NCBI RefSeq assembly: GCF_002087085.1
Contig: NZ_MWQY01000011.1
Location: 124,001-180,301 of the forward strand
Reading direction: 5' to 3'
DNA: 56,301 bases
Shown here: positions 29,347-40,495 of the stretch, piece after piece
Layout of the letters: each line of letters starts with the position of its first letter
Numbering within the stretch: the first letter of the stretch is position 1
Program-made: the position numbers and the translations under genes
Notes under the pieces: generated by a model
What the model was told of the DNA's origin: nothing
Seen by the model: the letters and a program-made list of their open reading frames with translations, nothing else
Databases searched by the model: none

Positions 29347-29464
29347 CCGGCTGCTCCTTGGACCCGTGATAGTCTAAAACCAGAAGCCGGGCAATGAAGC
29401 TCCAGCCCGTCAGAGGGCTATCTTTTTGTCGCGTACCCGGCTGTGTGCAGACCTTTGTTACGCT

Positions 29465-29493
29465 AGGGTAAACAAAAGCCCCAGCGTGGTCAA
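29465..29493 (-). promoter_or_regulatory. Putative sigma70 promoter TTGACC-N17-TACCCT for the RR-oppA unit
   Basis: Correct spacing; implies a 5' leader of about 110 nt. Confidence 0.55.
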
Positions 29494-29524
29494 GTAATTA
29501 TTACACCGTGACTTCCCGCCGCTC

Positions 29525-29553
29525 TTGACAGGCTGAGCGGTGATTCATACTCT
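29525..29553 (+). promoter_or_regulatory. sigma70 promoter TTGACA-N17-TACTCT
   Basis: Perfect -35; ends 10 nt before the ATG at 29564. Confidence 0.7.
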
Positions 29554-29563
29554 TGAACTTCCT

Positions 29564-30193
29564 ATGAAAGATTCACTGCGTCGCCTGAAAGAGCACTACG
29601 AGCCTCGAATACGTCCCGAAAGCATGGGCTATGAGATCCTTGACTGGGAAGACCAGGAGAGTCAGTTCTGCCGTTTCGACGTGCTGGTCAGAAAGATAGA
29701 CCTGTCCGGTAAAAGTCTCCTGGATCTGGGCTGCGGCGTGGGAGACCTGTGCTCCTATCTTCAGCAGAAGGGAATCGAGGCTTCCTATACCGGCGTGGAC
29801 ATCCTGGAAAAAATGATCCGGGAAGCCAGAAGACGCTGTCCCCCCGGACGTTTTATCAAGGCCGATCTGCTCCGGGAAAATCCTTTCGGAAATGAGCGTT
29901 TTCAGATCGCTTTCTGCTCAGGTATATTCAATCTGGAAACCGGGGATAACGAGAGACTGCTGGACGCGTACCTGACGCGTCTTCAGGATCTGACCACCGA
30001 AGCGGTTGTTATAAATCTTCTTTCCATTGCCTCCCGTGACCAGCAGGACAAATATCATTATTTTGACCCTGACAGCGTAATAAAGCGGGCGGGCGGTCTG
30101 TTCCCGCTTGCCGAGATCGAAGCAGGGTACCTGTCCAATGATTTTACCCTCGTCTGCCGGCACGGGTCCTCAAGCTCCGGCTCCAGGTCTTGA
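29564..30193 (+). CDS. Class I SAM-dependent methyltransferase
   Basis: LLDLGCGVGD, YTGVDI, CSGIFN. Confidence 0.88.
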   Translation: MKDSLRRLKEHYEPRIRPESMGYEILDWEDQESQFCRFDVLVRKIDLSGKSLLDLGCGVGDLCSYLQQKGIEASYTGVDILEKMIREARRRCPPGRFIKADLLRENPFGNERFQIAFCSGIFNLETGDNERLLDAYLTRLQDLTTEAVVINLLSIASRDQQDKYHYFDPDSVIKRAGGLFPLAEIEAGYLSNDFTLVCRHGSSSSGSRS

Positions 30194-30226
30194 CCCTGGA
30201 CTGCGGAAATGACTATCTTAGCATAA

Positions 30227-30937
30227 ATGCCTATGAATGGAATTAGAGTTATTGGATTATTTAGCGTTGTCGCGCTGTTGATACCCCTTCTTGCCCTCCT
30301 TTTTACTCCCGGAAGTATCGATGAAGAGGGAATGCCGGAATATGTGGAAACTGCCATATCTCTTGGCCCGGGTCAGGATATCGGACTCGAACTCTATCGC
30401 CGTCCTGAGAGCCGCGGTCGGGTTATTGATTTCTATTCCCAGGTTGCCGGTTCCCGGGAGATTGCGGAGCTTATTCTGCATTACTCGAACCGATACGAAG
30501 TTCCTCCGTCTCTCAGCTTTTCCCTGGTATACGCCGAGAGCAGTTTCAGGCCCCGGGCTGTCAATCGCAACAGCAATTCCATCGACCGCGGTCTGTTTCA
30601 GCTGAATAACCGCTCCTTCCCGGAACTGACGGAAGCTGACTTCTTTGATCCCGTCGTCAATACCCAGCACGGGGTGGCCTACCTTCGCTACTGTCTGGAT
30701 GAGGGGAAAAACCCGGTGGTGGCCCTGGCCATGTACAATGCCGGACGGACCCGGGTCACTGAACGTGGAACCCCGCGGATGACCCTGGACTACATTTCCA
30801 AGATTCTCGATTATCAGCGGGATCTTGAAGGGCGTTTCGAAAACGGACTCATCAGCAAACAGCAGCTGGTAAAAACAGACTCCAAGAGCGGCGCTCGTGT
30901 CGCCTACGTACTTGACAAGAGTAAGACCGTAAAATAG
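30227..30937 (+). CDS. Lytic transglycosylase (SLT domain), N-terminal membrane anchor
   Basis: AESSF (catalytic Glu), GLFQL, AMYNAG. Confidence 0.9.
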   Translation: MPMNGIRVIGLFSVVALLIPLLALLFTPGSIDEEGMPEYVETAISLGPGQDIGLELYRRPESRGRVIDFYSQVAGSREIAELILHYSNRYEVPPSLSFSLVYAESSFRPRAVNRNSNSIDRGLFQLNNRSFPELTEADFFDPVVNTQHGVAYLRYCLDEGKNPVVALAMYNAGRTRVTERGTPRMTLDYISKILDYQRDLEGRFENGLISKQQLVKTDSKSGARVAYVLDKSKTVK

Positions 30938-30950
30938 CTTGATTACCACT

Positions 30951-32858
30951 ATGGTAATCGTCTTAAACAAATCCATCAGCACTGCTGACAAAGAAAATAT
31001 CCGAAGCTTTCTCACCCGGAAGGGCTTTACCGTACGGGAGATCGTCGGTGAAGAAGAGACCATCTTCGGCGCCGTCGGTCTTGTACAGATCGACCGGCGG
31101 GAGGTGGAGCTTCTATCCGGGGTGGATCAGGTTATTCCCATAACCAAACCCTACAAACTTGCCTCCCGGGAGTTTAAAAAAGAAGACAGTCTGGTTAGCG
31201 TCGGTCCTGTAAAGATCGGACCGTTACGCCTGGCGGTTATCGCCGGTCCCTGCGCTATCGAGAGCCGGGATCAGATCATGGAGTCCGCCCGTATCGTGCG
31301 GGATTCCGGGGGTGTAATGCTCCGGGGAGGGGCCTTCAAACCCAGGACCTCTCCCTACGCCTTTCAGGGGCTTGGCGAAGAAGGAGCCCGCTATCTGAAA
31401 GAAGCGGGGGAAAAGTACGGTCTTCCGGTGGTAACCGAGATTGTCGCCACGGAGCACGCCGATATGCTGGCGGATATTGTGGATGTGCTGCAGATCGGCG
31501 CCCGGAATATGCAGAACTTTGAGCTTTTAAAACGGGTCGGTTCCATGAACAAGCCCATAATTCTCAAGCGGGGAATGGCTGCGACGATTGAAGAATGGCT
31601 CATGGCCGCCGAATATCTGATGGCCCACGGCGCCGAGAATGTGATCCTCTGCGAAAGGGGAATACGTACCTTCGAGACCTATACCCGAAACACCCTGGAC
31701 CTCTCGGCGATTCCGGTAATAAAAAAGCTCTCTCATCTTCCTGTTATTGTCGATCCCTCCCACGCCACGGGTATCCGGGAGAAGGTCATTCCCATGGGAC
31801 TGGCTGCAGTTGCGGCGGGGGCGGACGGTCTGGTGGTGGAGGTGCATCCGGATCCGGAAAAGGCCCTTTCCGACGGTCCCCAGTCCCTGCTGCCGGAACA
31901 GTTCGAGAAAATGATGCGGGACATCGAGGCCATGGCTCCGGTGGTGGGACGGGAGCTGGAACGCCCCGTGCGGCGCGGGCCGGTGATTCTGTCCAGGGAT
32001 ACTGCTGTTCCAGCCTCCTCTGCGGCTGAGGGACCGGTTCCGGTCGGTTTTCAGGGAGAACATGGAGCCTACAGCGAAAAGGCCCTGTCCCTGTACTTCA
32101 GTAATATAGACGCGAAGAGCGTGCCCTTGAACAGTTTTCGGAAGGTGTTCGATGCGGTGCTCCAGGGAGAAGTCCGATACGGGGTCGTTCCCATGGAGAA
32201 CTCCCTGGCCGGATCGATACACGAGAATTACGATCTTTTTCTCCAGTATCCGGATATAAAAATCCTGGGGGAGCGCCGGGTCAGAATCCGCCACACCCTG
32301 ATCGGACGGCCGGGTGCCGGCCTGAAGGATATTCGCAAGGTCTACTCCCACCCCCAGGGGCTTGCCCAGTGCGCGCGTTTTCTTGACGAAACCCTCCCGG
32401 AGGCTGAACGGGTTCCCTATTACGATACGGCCGGCTCGGTCGGCTTTATTGCCGGACAGCCGGATAATTCCCTCGCGGCTATCGCCAGCGAAGAGGCCGC
32501 TGCAGTTAACGGCATGGTCGTACTAAAGGAGGGAATCGAGACGAATCCCAGCAACTATACCCGCTTTTTTATAATCGGCAGCACCGATGAACCGTTGGAG
32601 GCGGACGCCAATACCGCTTCCCTGGTCTTTGCGGTTCCGGACAAGTCCGGAGCACTCTTCAGTTGCCTGAAGGTCCTTGCGGACCGGGGAATCAACATGA
32701 AAAAGCTGGAATCCCGGCCGATCCTGGGAAAACCCTGGGAGTACATGTTCTACCTGGATGTTGAACTCCCCGGCAAGATGCCGGCTTTTGATGAAGCTGT
32801 GGAGGCTCTTAAAGGTGTCTCTGAGAATCTGAGGGTTCTGGGGGTCTACCGCAGCTGA
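30951..32858 (+). CDS. aroF: Fused DAHP synthase (type I-beta) - prephenate dehydratase/ACT
   Basis: [38 protein letters not shown]; then [40 protein letters not shown]. Confidence 0.95.
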   Translation: MVIVLNKSISTADKENIRSFLTRKGFTVREIVGEEETIFGAVGLVQIDRREVELLSGVDQVIPITKPYKLASREFKKEDSLVSVGPVKIGPLRLAVIAGPCAIESRDQIMESARIVRDSGGVMLRGGAFKPRTSPYAFQGLGEEGARYLKEAGEKYGLPVVTEIVATEHADMLADIVDVLQIGARNMQNFELLKRVGSMNKPIILKRGMAATIEEWLMAAEYLMAHGAENVILCERGIRTFETYTRNTLDLSAIPVIKKLSHLPVIVDPSHATGIREKVIPMGLAAVAAGADGLVVEVHPDPEKALSDGPQSLLPEQFEKMMRDIEAMAPVVGRELERPVRRGPVILSRDTAVPASSAAEGPVPVGFQGEHGAYSEKALSLYFSNIDAKSVPLNSFRKVFDAVLQGEVRYGVVPMENSLAGSIHENYDLFLQYPDIKILGERRVRIRHTLIGRPGAGLKDIRKVYSHPQGLAQCARFLDETLPEAERVPYYDTAGSVGFIAGQPDNSLAAIASEEAAAVNGMVVLKEGIETNPSNYTRFFIIGSTDEPLEADANTASLVFAVPDKSGALFSCLKVLADRGINMKKLESRPILGKPWEYMFYLDVELPGKMPAFDEAVEALKGVSENLRVLGVYRS

Positions 32859-32870
32859 CGCTGCCAGCCT

Positions 32871-34289
32871 CTAATTTACACTGGTATCGATGCCCAGCTT
32901 TTTGAGCTGTTCGATCTCTTCCTTTTTGGCTATATATTCGTGGCGTTTCTGGTTTGACCGGATTACCACGTTCTTTATGGCGGAGATTTCGAGCTTTATT
33001 CCCCGAATACTGCTGCGCAGTTCCCGTGGCGCTTCGCTCTTGAAAAAGGTATCCAGGGCCGGCAGGGTATTCAGGATCTTGTACAGCTCATCGACTATGC
33101 TGCTGACATACTCGTAGACCTTTTCCTCATCGCTGCCCTCGAGGCGCATATATGCCGATGAAACCTTGCTTGACAGCATGTTCAGGGCCCGTGCCCGTTT
33201 CAGTACATTCTCGGAAAAGGCGTCATAATCGACCCGGACCATACGGGTGGCCCCGGTTTTCTCGTCGAAGAATTCCACCATGTACACATGTTTATCGCCT
33301 TTCTTCTGAACAACGTTCATTACCCAGCGACGAAAGCGTTCTCCAAGGCTCAAGCGGCGCTGATCAAGGAGCTGCTGGCTCTCGTTGAGCTTGGAAACAG
33401 CCTTCTCCAGATGAATACTCGCGCCGGACAGTATCCTGGCGGCCTCCAGTAAAAGCGGTTTGTGGGAGACCTCCTGCCTGGTTTCCTGTTTCTTTTCCTT
33501 TATCTGAAGAGATTTTATCAGCTCCTGTTTCAGCTTGTCCCGCTGGGGGGAGTACTCCTCCGCCACAAGTTCATTTACCAGTTCGGGAAAGAAGGGCGTG
33601 TCAGGCAGTTCCCGGGGAAAGGAGCGTTTAATCTGGTTAAAGGCCTCCTCCATTACCTGACTTGAAGGTTCACCGGATATGGAAAGCTTGTACAGAACCC
33701 GCTCCCGGATATCCTGCTTGTAGAGCTCCCTGCTGAAGGCTGTTACGTCTTTCAGGAGGGAGAAAATCTCATTCGTCAGCTTGGAGAGCTGGTTGCAGCC
33801 GTCGCTGACAATGTTTGCCGAGAGGGAATCGCTCCCCTGTTTGATGTGCTGTACCAGGTCCGCCATGACCCGGGTGTTCAGGGATGTCGAACTGACTCCC
33901 AGTTTGGTCCAGTGAAAGTAGTTCAGAAGGGCGGAAATATTTTTCAGGCGCTTGAGATTGAGAAAATCCGCGCTGAACTGGTAGTAGTTGGTCAGGAATT
34001 CCAGGATGGAATCGAACTGGGAAAGCCGGATGCTCATCTTTTCGTTCTTTTCCGATTCCAGGTAGGGCTCGTTGCTGGGGGTGGTAACTTCAGAAATCTT
34101 GAAATCCCCTTTGTACGGGTCCTCCTGGACAAGCCCCTTGCGCAGCAGAACATTGTAAACGTTCTGGAAAGAGGTGTGGTAGCGCCGAAAGTCTTCTTTC
34201 AACTTCGGCATAATCCTCTTGTCTATATGTTCACGCCGATGAGCCACCGCCTGGTTCAGCGCATCGTCAAGATCGATCCTCTCTTCCAT
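32871..34289 (-). CDS. Hypothetical helical protein (472 aa)
   Basis: Long ORF with normal composition; upstream TTGAAG-N17-CATAAT promoter; no recognised motif. Confidence 0.8.
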   Translation of the reverse strand: MEERIDLDDALNQAVAHRREHIDKRIMPKLKEDFRRYHTSFQNVYNVLLRKGLVQEDPYKGDFKISEVTTPSNEPYLESEKNEKMSIRLSQFDSILEFLTNYYQFSADFLNLKRLKNISALLNYFHWTKLGVSSTSLNTRVMADLVQHIKQGSDSLSANIVSDGCNQLSKLTNEIFSLLKDVTAFSRELYKQDIRERVLYKLSISGEPSSQVMEEAFNQIKRSFPRELPDTPFFPELVNELVAEEYSPQRDKLKQELIKSLQIKEKKQETRQEVSHKPLLLEAARILSGASIHLEKAVSKLNESQQLLDQRRLSLGERFRRWVMNVVQKKGDKHVYMVEFFDEKTGATRMVRVDYDAFSENVLKRARALNMLSSKVSSAYMRLEGSDEEKVYEYVSSIVDELYKILNTLPALDTFFKSEAPRELRSSIRGIKLEISAIKNVVIRSNQKRHEYIAKKEEIEQLKKLGIDTSVN

Positions 34290-34345
34290 ATTCTGAACAT
34301 TATGGGATAAAATACGGTATCCTTCAATCTTTTTACAGGGTATTT

Positions 34346-34876
34346 ATGGGTCGTGAGGGTAAATTCCCGCCGGAAAAGCTTATAATTCCACTCCTGTACA
34401 GCAGCGTCTCCATGCTTCCTGTCCTGTATTCAGAGCTGGAGCAGAATTTTGGACCGATCGATTATACGAGTCGGGAGATCCCCTTTTCCTTCTCGTCCTA
34501 CTACGACAGGGAGATGGGCCCGGGGCTCGGGAGAATCTTTCTGGGTTTTGAGGAGCTGGTTGATCCGGGTGACCTGTGGCGGATTAAAAAAGCGACGAAC
34601 CGCATGGAGGCTCTTTTTTCCGAGGATCGGGACAGGAAGATCAATCTTGACCCGGGTCTGCTTGATCTGAACCGCCTGGTTCTGGCTACGACGAAACACG
34701 CCGGACACCGTATTCCCCTGGCGGAAGGCATATATGCGGAGATTACCCTCCATTACCGGCGCGGACGTTTTGAACCCCTGCCCTGGACCTATCCTGATTA
34801 CCGGAGCGAAGAGTATCAGCGGATTCTTCTGGAGCTGCGGGAGATTTTTCACGGACAGCTGAAGCACCTGCTCTGA
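34346..34876 (+). CDS. DUF4416 family protein
   Basis: YYDREMG, NLDPG, LATTK...HRIPL..GIYAE, PWTYPDY. Confidence 0.88.
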   Translation: MGREGKFPPEKLIIPLLYSSVSMLPVLYSELEQNFGPIDYTSREIPFSFSSYYDREMGPGLGRIFLGFEELVDPGDLWRIKKATNRMEALFSEDRDRKINLDPGLLDLNRLVLATTKHAGHRIPLAEGIYAEITLHYRRGRFEPLPWTYPDYRSEEYQRILLELREIFHGQLKHLL

Positions 34877-34895
34877 TTCCCGGTTTATATGAGGT

Positions 34896-35636
34896 ATGAA
34901 CAGTCATATCTCCTGTGTTGCCGCTGCGACTCTGGCAGCGATAAGCATATCCTGCGGATTTCATCCCTTTGAAACGGAGGTCGAAGTAGCCATCCCTCCG
35001 GTTCCCCCGGGGGCTTCCGAATGTGTCGATGACCGGGTCATTTTAAAAGTGGACAGCGAAGAGTCCGGAGGAATCGACATCAGTGCCAGGGCGGGGGAGG
35101 TCAGGAGGCTTAAGCTTCCCAAGGCACAGGTAACTGTATTTACCGCCTTTTATCAGGGTGGTGTGCCGCCGGCCGGAGGGGTACTGCCCTGGGATGGAGA
35201 TGGGGAGGCCCGGGTGGAACTCGGCTTTGGGCAGGGATTCTGCTCGACTGTTTTTTCACGCCTTGCGGAGGCAGGTGTTCCCCTTTCTGTCGTCAATTAT
35301 CGACGCCTCAGCAGGGAATGTCGCCTTCGCTCCGGGGGAAATCCCTATCTGCTGGACAATGAACGTATATTCAGGGCTCTTTTGGCGGGGAACTTTTCCG
35401 TCCGCGATATTGTCATGCTCAGAGAGTATGAACTTCCTCCCGAGGCCCTTCCCCCTGGAGAGTGGACTCCCGCCAATCCCCTGGCGGAAAAGCTTACAGG
35501 CGGCGAAGCTGCACGAGTCTACGAGGGGCGATGGACATTTTACAAAAGAGAAGATGCCGCAGTCCTGTGGTGCGACAGTATGGGCTGGCATTTCTACGCC
35601 CGGGACGGGTCCTTCAGCCGCGGCGGAACATGGTGA
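34896..35636 (+). CDS. Hypothetical lipoprotein
   Basis: Hydrophobic N-terminus ending in a lipobox-like ISISC. Confidence 0.6.
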   Translation: MNSHISCVAAATLAAISISCGFHPFETEVEVAIPPVPPGASECVDDRVILKVDSEESGGIDISARAGEVRRLKLPKAQVTVFTAFYQGGVPPAGGVLPWDGDGEARVELGFGQGFCSTVFSRLAEAGVPLSVVNYRRLSRECRLRSGGNPYLLDNERIFRALLAGNFSVRDIVMLREYELPPEALPPGEWTPANPLAEKLTGGEAARVYEGRWTFYKREDAAVLWCDSMGWHFYARDGSFSRGGTW

Positions 35637-35639
35637 TTC

Positions 35640-36752
35640 CTATACCCTGAAGATTCCCGATCTGGTGAGTTTTTCTGCTCCCTTTTCGGTTATCAGGTAG
35701 TCGTTTTCCTTGCGGAATCCCCCCAGCTCGGCATCGTACAGCCCGGGTTCGACTGCAAGTACCATTCCGGGCTGAAGTATCGTGTCCAGTTCCCTGCGGT
35801 CCCGGAGTACCGGCCGTTCATGGGCTTCCAGACCGATGGCGTGGCCGAGGCTGTGGGGCATGGTAAAGCCTTCCCGTGAAAAGACCTCATCCACGCGGCG
35901 GGCCACAGAGGATGAGGGGACTCCCGGAGCGAGAGCCGCTTCTGCGGCGGCATAGGCTTCTTCCACCAGGGCTGCCATTCGTTCCTGTTGGGGATTCAGG
36001 GAGCCGGTAATCATGGTCAGGGTGACGTCGGTGGTGTAGCCCTTCAGTTTCACGCCGAAATCTATGATTGTCGGCCCCTCCGGGCTCAGTCCCGCCCCTG
36101 AAAATGAAGGGTAGGCATGTATCCCGAAGCTTCGCTTCGGATTGGCAACAATGGTTTCGAAGCCTGTTCCTTCCGCCCCCGCCATGCGGATCTCCCGCTC
36201 TATAAAAAGAGCAGCGTCAAGTTCCGTGGGAAAGCGCCTGTCCCGGAAGCCCTGTACAAGCTCATCGATTATCCGGTTTGTCATTCCGGCGGCTTCCCGG
36301 TAAATTTCCAGCTCTGCGGCATCCTTTATGCTGCGGAGTTCGGTAATCTGGGCCTCCGCACCGTTTTCCCGGCAGAGAAAATTGAATTCCGGGGCTTCGG
36401 TCCGGAGGTTGTCCACCAGGGGAACAGGCAGGTTCGGAGGCAGCTCAATGCGGGCGTTTCTGGAAAGGCCAAAGCGCCGGGCCACCCCGGCAATGGCCTG
36501 AACAGGGCTGCGTTGAAATTCGCTGTAGGCGACCAAGGCGTCGGCGGTTCCGTAGATCTCGGCCAGGGGCAGGTCCCAGGCGACAAGCAGGGAGGCCCCT
36601 GAGGAATGAAAAAAGAAGACGGCGTCGGAGGGATGACCGCAGAGGTAGCGAAGGGAGGCATTCCGCCTTCCTTCGGTGTCTTCCACGACCACAAGGTCGA
36701 TCCCCTCCTGTTCCATCCAGTTTTGCAGACTGTTCAGGCGATATTTTGCCAC
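35640..36752 (-). CDS. Xaa-Pro peptidase (M24B)
   Basis: RSIKDAAE, IDFG...YTTDVT, HSLGHAIGLEAHE, AVEPGLY, GGFRKEND. Confidence 0.92.
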   Translation of the reverse strand: MAKYRLNSLQNWMEQEGIDLVVVEDTEGRRNASLRYLCGHPSDAVFFFHSSGASLLVAWDLPLAEIYGTADALVAYSEFQRSPVQAIAGVARRFGLSRNARIELPPNLPVPLVDNLRTEAPEFNFLCRENGAEAQITELRSIKDAAELEIYREAAGMTNRIIDELVQGFRDRRFPTELDAALFIEREIRMAGAEGTGFETIVANPKRSFGIHAYPSFSGAGLSPEGPTIIDFGVKLKGYTTDVTLTMITGSLNPQQERMAALVEEAYAAAEAALAPGVPSSSVARRVDEVFSREGFTMPHSLGHAIGLEAHERPVLRDRRELDTILQPGMVLAVEPGLYDAELGGFRKENDYLITEKGAEKLTRSGIFRV

Positions 36753-36774
36753 TATGTTGTTCCTTTTGCTTCCT

Positions 36775-39285
36775 TCAGCTGACCACTATATTGACCAGCT
36801 TGCCCGGCACCGGAATGATCTTCCTGATCTGTCTGCCGGCGGTAAGCTCCTTTATCCGCGGATGATTCAGAGCCGCTTCCTTCATTTCCTCCGGGCTGAT
36901 GTCGGCATTGGCCTCGACCTTGGCCCGGACTTTCCCGTTGATCTGGAATACCAGGTTTATCATCTCGTCCCGGGTGAGCTCCTCGTCATAGTCGGGCCAG
37001 TTCTGACGGCCGGCAAGGGGCTCGTGTCCCAGGCGTTCCCAGAGCTCTTCGGCAAGATGGGGAGCATAGGGAGAAAGCAGCAGTACGAAGGGCTCGATGA
37101 GCTGCCGGTTCAGGGTCTCTTCCTTGAAAACCTCGTTGACGAAGATCATCATCTGGGCGATGGCGGTGTTGAACTCCAGGGAATCCGTGTCGCCGGTAAC
37201 CTTCTTGATGGTTTTGTGCAGAACCCGCTTCAGCTCTTCCGGGGGCTCCCGGTCGACCAGCTCCCTGTCAAAGAGACGCCATACCCGGTCGAGAAAACGG
37301 TGAACCCCGGATATCCCCGAGGTGGACCAGGGCTTGGATACCTGCAGGGGCCCCATGAACATCTCGTAGACCCGCATGGAATCGGCCCCGAAATCCCGGA
37401 TGATGTCATCGGGGTTGATGACATTTTTGAGGGACTTGGACATCTTGGCGATGACCTGGGTAAGGGGGGTACCTGTCCCTTTTTCTACAAAGCTGTCGGT
37501 CTCCGGCTCCTCCACCTCATCCGTGGGAACGAGGGTCTTGTCAGGGCGCTGATAGGCGAAGGAGGTGATCATTCCCTGGTTTACCAGGCGCTTGAAGGGT
37601 TCAACGTCTCCCACGACACCTATATCGTAAAGCACCTTGTGCCAGAAACGGGCGTAGAGAAGGTGAAGCACCGCGTGTTCCGCGCCCCCCACGTAGAGGT
37701 CCACGGGCATCCAGTAGTCGATCTTGCGGCGGTCCGCCAGGGATGAACCGTTGCGGGGGTCCAGATAGCGCAGATAGTACCAGCAGGAACCTGCCCACTG
37801 GGGCATGGTGTTGGTCTCCCGTCGTCCGGGTCCTCCGCATTTGGGGCAGCTTGTGTTAACCCATTCATGTATTTTGGCAAGGGGAGATTCCCCGGTGCCC
37901 GACGGTTCGTAGGAGTCCACCTCCGGCAGCTTGAGGGGAAGCTGGTCCTCCGGGACGGGCACGATACCGCAGGTTGGGCAGTGAACCAGCGGAATAGGCT
38001 CTCCCCAGTAGCGCTGCCTGCTGAAGACCCAGTCCCTGAGCTTGTAATTGACCGCACGCTGCCCGAGCTTGCGTTCCTCCAGCCATTCTATGATACTCTC
38101 TATGGCCTCTTCCTTTCCCATTCCGTCAAGGAAGGAGGAGTTTACATGGGGGCCGTCCCCGGTAAAGGCCTCGTCTTCGATAGTACCGCCCTTGAGGACT
38201 TCGATAATGGGAAGGTCGAATTTCTTCGCGAATTCCCAGTCCCGCTGGTCGTGGGCCGGAACCGCCATGATGGCGCCGGTTCCGTAGGAAATCAGGATAT
38301 AGTCGGAAATCCAGATGGGGATCTTCTCCCCGTTTACCGGGTTGACGGCGAAGGCGCCGGTAAAGACACCGGTCTTGTCCTTGGCAAGATCCGTGCGCTC
38401 CAGATCCGACTTGAGCCGGGCCTGCTCCAGGTAAGCCTCAACGGCGGGGCGATGTTTGTCTGTTGTGATCTTCTCCACATAGGGATGCTCCGGAGCCATG
38501 ACCATGTAGGTGGCGCCGAAGAGGGTGTCCGGACGGGTGGTGTAGACCTCAAGGGACTCCAGGTGTCCGTCGATCTGAAAATGCACATTGGCACCCTCGG
38601 AGCGGCCGATCCAGTTGCGCTGCATGGTCTTTATGGACTCCGACCAGTCAAGGGTATCCAGGTCTTCCAGGAGCCGGTCGGCATAGGAGGTGATTTTGAG
38701 TATCCACTGCCGGATGTTGCGCCGCTCCACCAGCTGTCCGCAGCGCTCGCATTTGCCGTCCTTGACCTCCTCGTTGGCAAGTCCCGTCAGGCAGGAGGAG
38801 CACCAGTTGATGGGAGTTTCCGCTTCGTAAGCCAGGCCCTGTTCAAACAGTTTGAGAAAGATCCACTGGGTCCAGCGGTAGTAATCCTCGCTGTGGGTGG
38901 ATATTTCCCGGTCCCAGTCGTAACTGAAACCCAGAGACTTTATCTGGGTACGGAAGTGGTCGATATTCCGTTCCGTTGTTATCTTCGGGTGGGTCCCGGT
39001 CTGGATGGCATAGTTCTCGGCGGGCAGACCGAAGGAGTCGAAGCCCATGGGGTGGAGCACGTTGAAGCCCCTCATCCGTAAAAAACGACAGTAGATATCC
39101 GTTGCAGTGTATCCTTCCGGATGGCCGACATGGAGTCCGGATCCGGAGGGGTAGGGGAACATGTCGAGCACGTAGCGCCGTTTCTCTTTAGGAAAGGAGG
39201 GGTCCTCTTCCACCTTGAAGCTGGAATTCTCTTCCCAGAAGCGCTGCCATTTCTGCTCAATCTCGGCGTATGGGTATTTGCTCAT
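36775..39285 (-). CDS. leuS: Leucyl-tRNA synthetase
   Basis: MFPYPSG..LHVGH, YTTRPDT editing domain, SRQRYWG, GGAEHA, KMSKS. Confidence 0.98.
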   Translation of the reverse strand: MSKYPYAEIEQKWQRFWEENSSFKVEEDPSFPKEKRRYVLDMFPYPSGSGLHVGHPEGYTATDIYCRFLRMRGFNVLHPMGFDSFGLPAENYAIQTGTHPKITTERNIDHFRTQIKSLGFSYDWDREISTHSEDYYRWTQWIFLKLFEQGLAYEAETPINWCSSCLTGLANEEVKDGKCERCGQLVERRNIRQWILKITSYADRLLEDLDTLDWSESIKTMQRNWIGRSEGANVHFQIDGHLESLEVYTTRPDTLFGATYMVMAPEHPYVEKITTDKHRPAVEAYLEQARLKSDLERTDLAKDKTGVFTGAFAVNPVNGEKIPIWISDYILISYGTGAIMAVPAHDQRDWEFAKKFDLPIIEVLKGGTIEDEAFTGDGPHVNSSFLDGMGKEEAIESIIEWLEERKLGQRAVNYKLRDWVFSRQRYWGEPIPLVHCPTCGIVPVPEDQLPLKLPEVDSYEPSGTGESPLAKIHEWVNTSCPKCGGPGRRETNTMPQWAGSCWYYLRYLDPRNGSSLADRRKIDYWMPVDLYVGGAEHAVLHLLYARFWHKVLYDIGVVGDVEPFKRLVNQGMITSFAYQRPDKTLVPTDEVEEPETDSFVEKGTGTPLTQVIAKMSKSLKNVINPDDIIRDFGADSMRVYEMFMGPLQVSKPWSTSGISGVHRFLDRVWRLFDRELVDREPPEELKRVLHKTIKKVTGDTDSLEFNTAIAQMMIFVNEVFKEETLNRQLIEPFVLLLSPYAPHLAEELWERLGHEPLAGRQNWPDYDEELTRDEMINLVFQINGKVRAKVEANADISPEEMKEAALNHPRIKELTAGRQIRKIIPVPGKLVNIVVS

Positions 39286-39292
39286 ATCTGGC

Positions 39293-39359
39293 ATGATACC
39301 CACAGGAGGAAGCAAAGGTCAATCTCATACTTGACCCCCCTGATCTGCCCCGGTAGGCT
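39293..39359. promoter_or_regulatory. Back-to-back sigma70 promoters: leuS (TTGACC-N18-TATCAT, -) and aminopeptidase (TTGACC-N17-TAGGCT, +)
   Basis: The -10 boxes end 7 nt and 6 nt before the respective ATGs. Confidence 0.65.
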
Positions 39360-39365
39360 GGCGTA

Positions 39366-40475
39366 ATGAAAGAGCATCTGGATTCCCGATTGAGCGTCCC
39401 CGCCCGTACCACCTGTTCGGAGGTTCTGAACATACAATCCGGTGAGCGGGTTCTGATTATTACAAATCCTGTTCAGGAGGTGTTATCCATCTCCCAGGCT
39501 CTCTATCTGGCTGCGGCAGAGATTGGTGCTGACCCGGTGATGATTGTTCAGCCCGTGAAAACCCAGCTCGATTACGCCGATCCCTCCGTTCTGGCGGCTC
39601 TGAAGAGCGGACCCGCTGTGGTGTGTTCAATAAGCGCCGAAAAGATCGGCAAGGACCCTGTGGGACTGAAAACACCCTACCGTTATGAGGACCGGGAGTT
39701 CGACCATATTTTCGACTACCTGCTGAACGGAACAAAAAGCATCAGGGCCCTCTGGGCCCCGGGGATACATGAGGATATGTTCTGCCGTACCGTGGGAATC
39801 GATTACACCAGGCTTAAACGTGAGTGCGCCTTTATTAGCGATCTGTTCAATCGTGCCGAGGGCATGAAAGTACGCTGCAAAGGCGGGACCGACCTCTATA
39901 TCGGCCTTCGGGGCAGAGAGGGGGAAGCAGACGATGGAAACTTTAGCTTCCCCGGCAGCGGAGGCAACCTTCCTGCGGGTGAGAGCTTTGCCTCTCCCGA
40001 ACTGGGAAGCGTCAGCGGAACCATCGTTTTCCGGGGCTCCATATCCCTGAACAGGGGGGACATCCTCATCGAAGAACCGATCACCGTGCAGGTGGAGGAG
40101 GGTTTTGTCGTCTCCGTTGCAGGAGGACGGGAAGCCGGGCTTTTAGAGGAGACCATCGCCGCGGGAGAAAGCGGGGCTGAGCGTCTGGCTGCAGAGGGAG
40201 CCCTGCCTCCCGGGATGGGTGAGGTCTACCGCAGGAACGCCCGCTCCATCGGTGAGATCGGCATCGGTCTTAATCCCGCCGCCCGGGTTACGGGCAACAT
40301 GCTGGAGGACGAAAAGGCCTACAGAACATGCCACCTGGCAGTGGGGGCCAATTACGCCGAGGATGCCCCGGCGCTGATCCACTGCGACGGGCTGGTACTG
40401 GAGCCTACCATCCGTTTTATTCTGCCCGGCGGAGAAGAGAAGCTCGTAATGGAGGACGGGGTCCTGAACCTGTAA
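39366..40475 (+). CDS. Aminopeptidase, M29/AmpS-like thermophilic metalloprotease family
   Basis: GNLPAGE, GEIGIGLNP, LEDEK, HLAVGAN, HCD. Confidence 0.85.
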   Translation: MKEHLDSRLSVPARTTCSEVLNIQSGERVLIITNPVQEVLSISQALYLAAAEIGADPVMIVQPVKTQLDYADPSVLAALKSGPAVVCSISAEKIGKDPVGLKTPYRYEDREFDHIFDYLLNGTKSIRALWAPGIHEDMFCRTVGIDYTRLKRECAFISDLFNRAEGMKVRCKGGTDLYIGLRGREGEADDGNFSFPGSGGNLPAGESFASPELGSVSGTIVFRGSISLNRGDILIEEPITVQVEEGFVVSVAGGREAGLLEETIAAGESGAERLAAEGALPPGMGEVYRRNARSIGEIGIGLNPAARVTGNMLEDEKAYRTCHLAVGANYAEDAPALIHCDGLVLEPTIRFILPGGEEKLVMEDGVLNL

Positions 40476-40495
40476 AACCAGAGGGCCCGGGGGTT

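Noticed and set aside
29380..29460. c-di-GMP-I riboswitch, SRP RNA or 6S RNA
   Set aside because: Lacks the GGCAAA/GAAA/GACGCAAA GEMM core and the SRP GGAA helix-8 motif; too short for 6S. Kept only as an unclassified leader.
36676..39081. 356-aa and 404-aa plus-strand ORFs
   Set aside because: Antisense to the unambiguous leuS.
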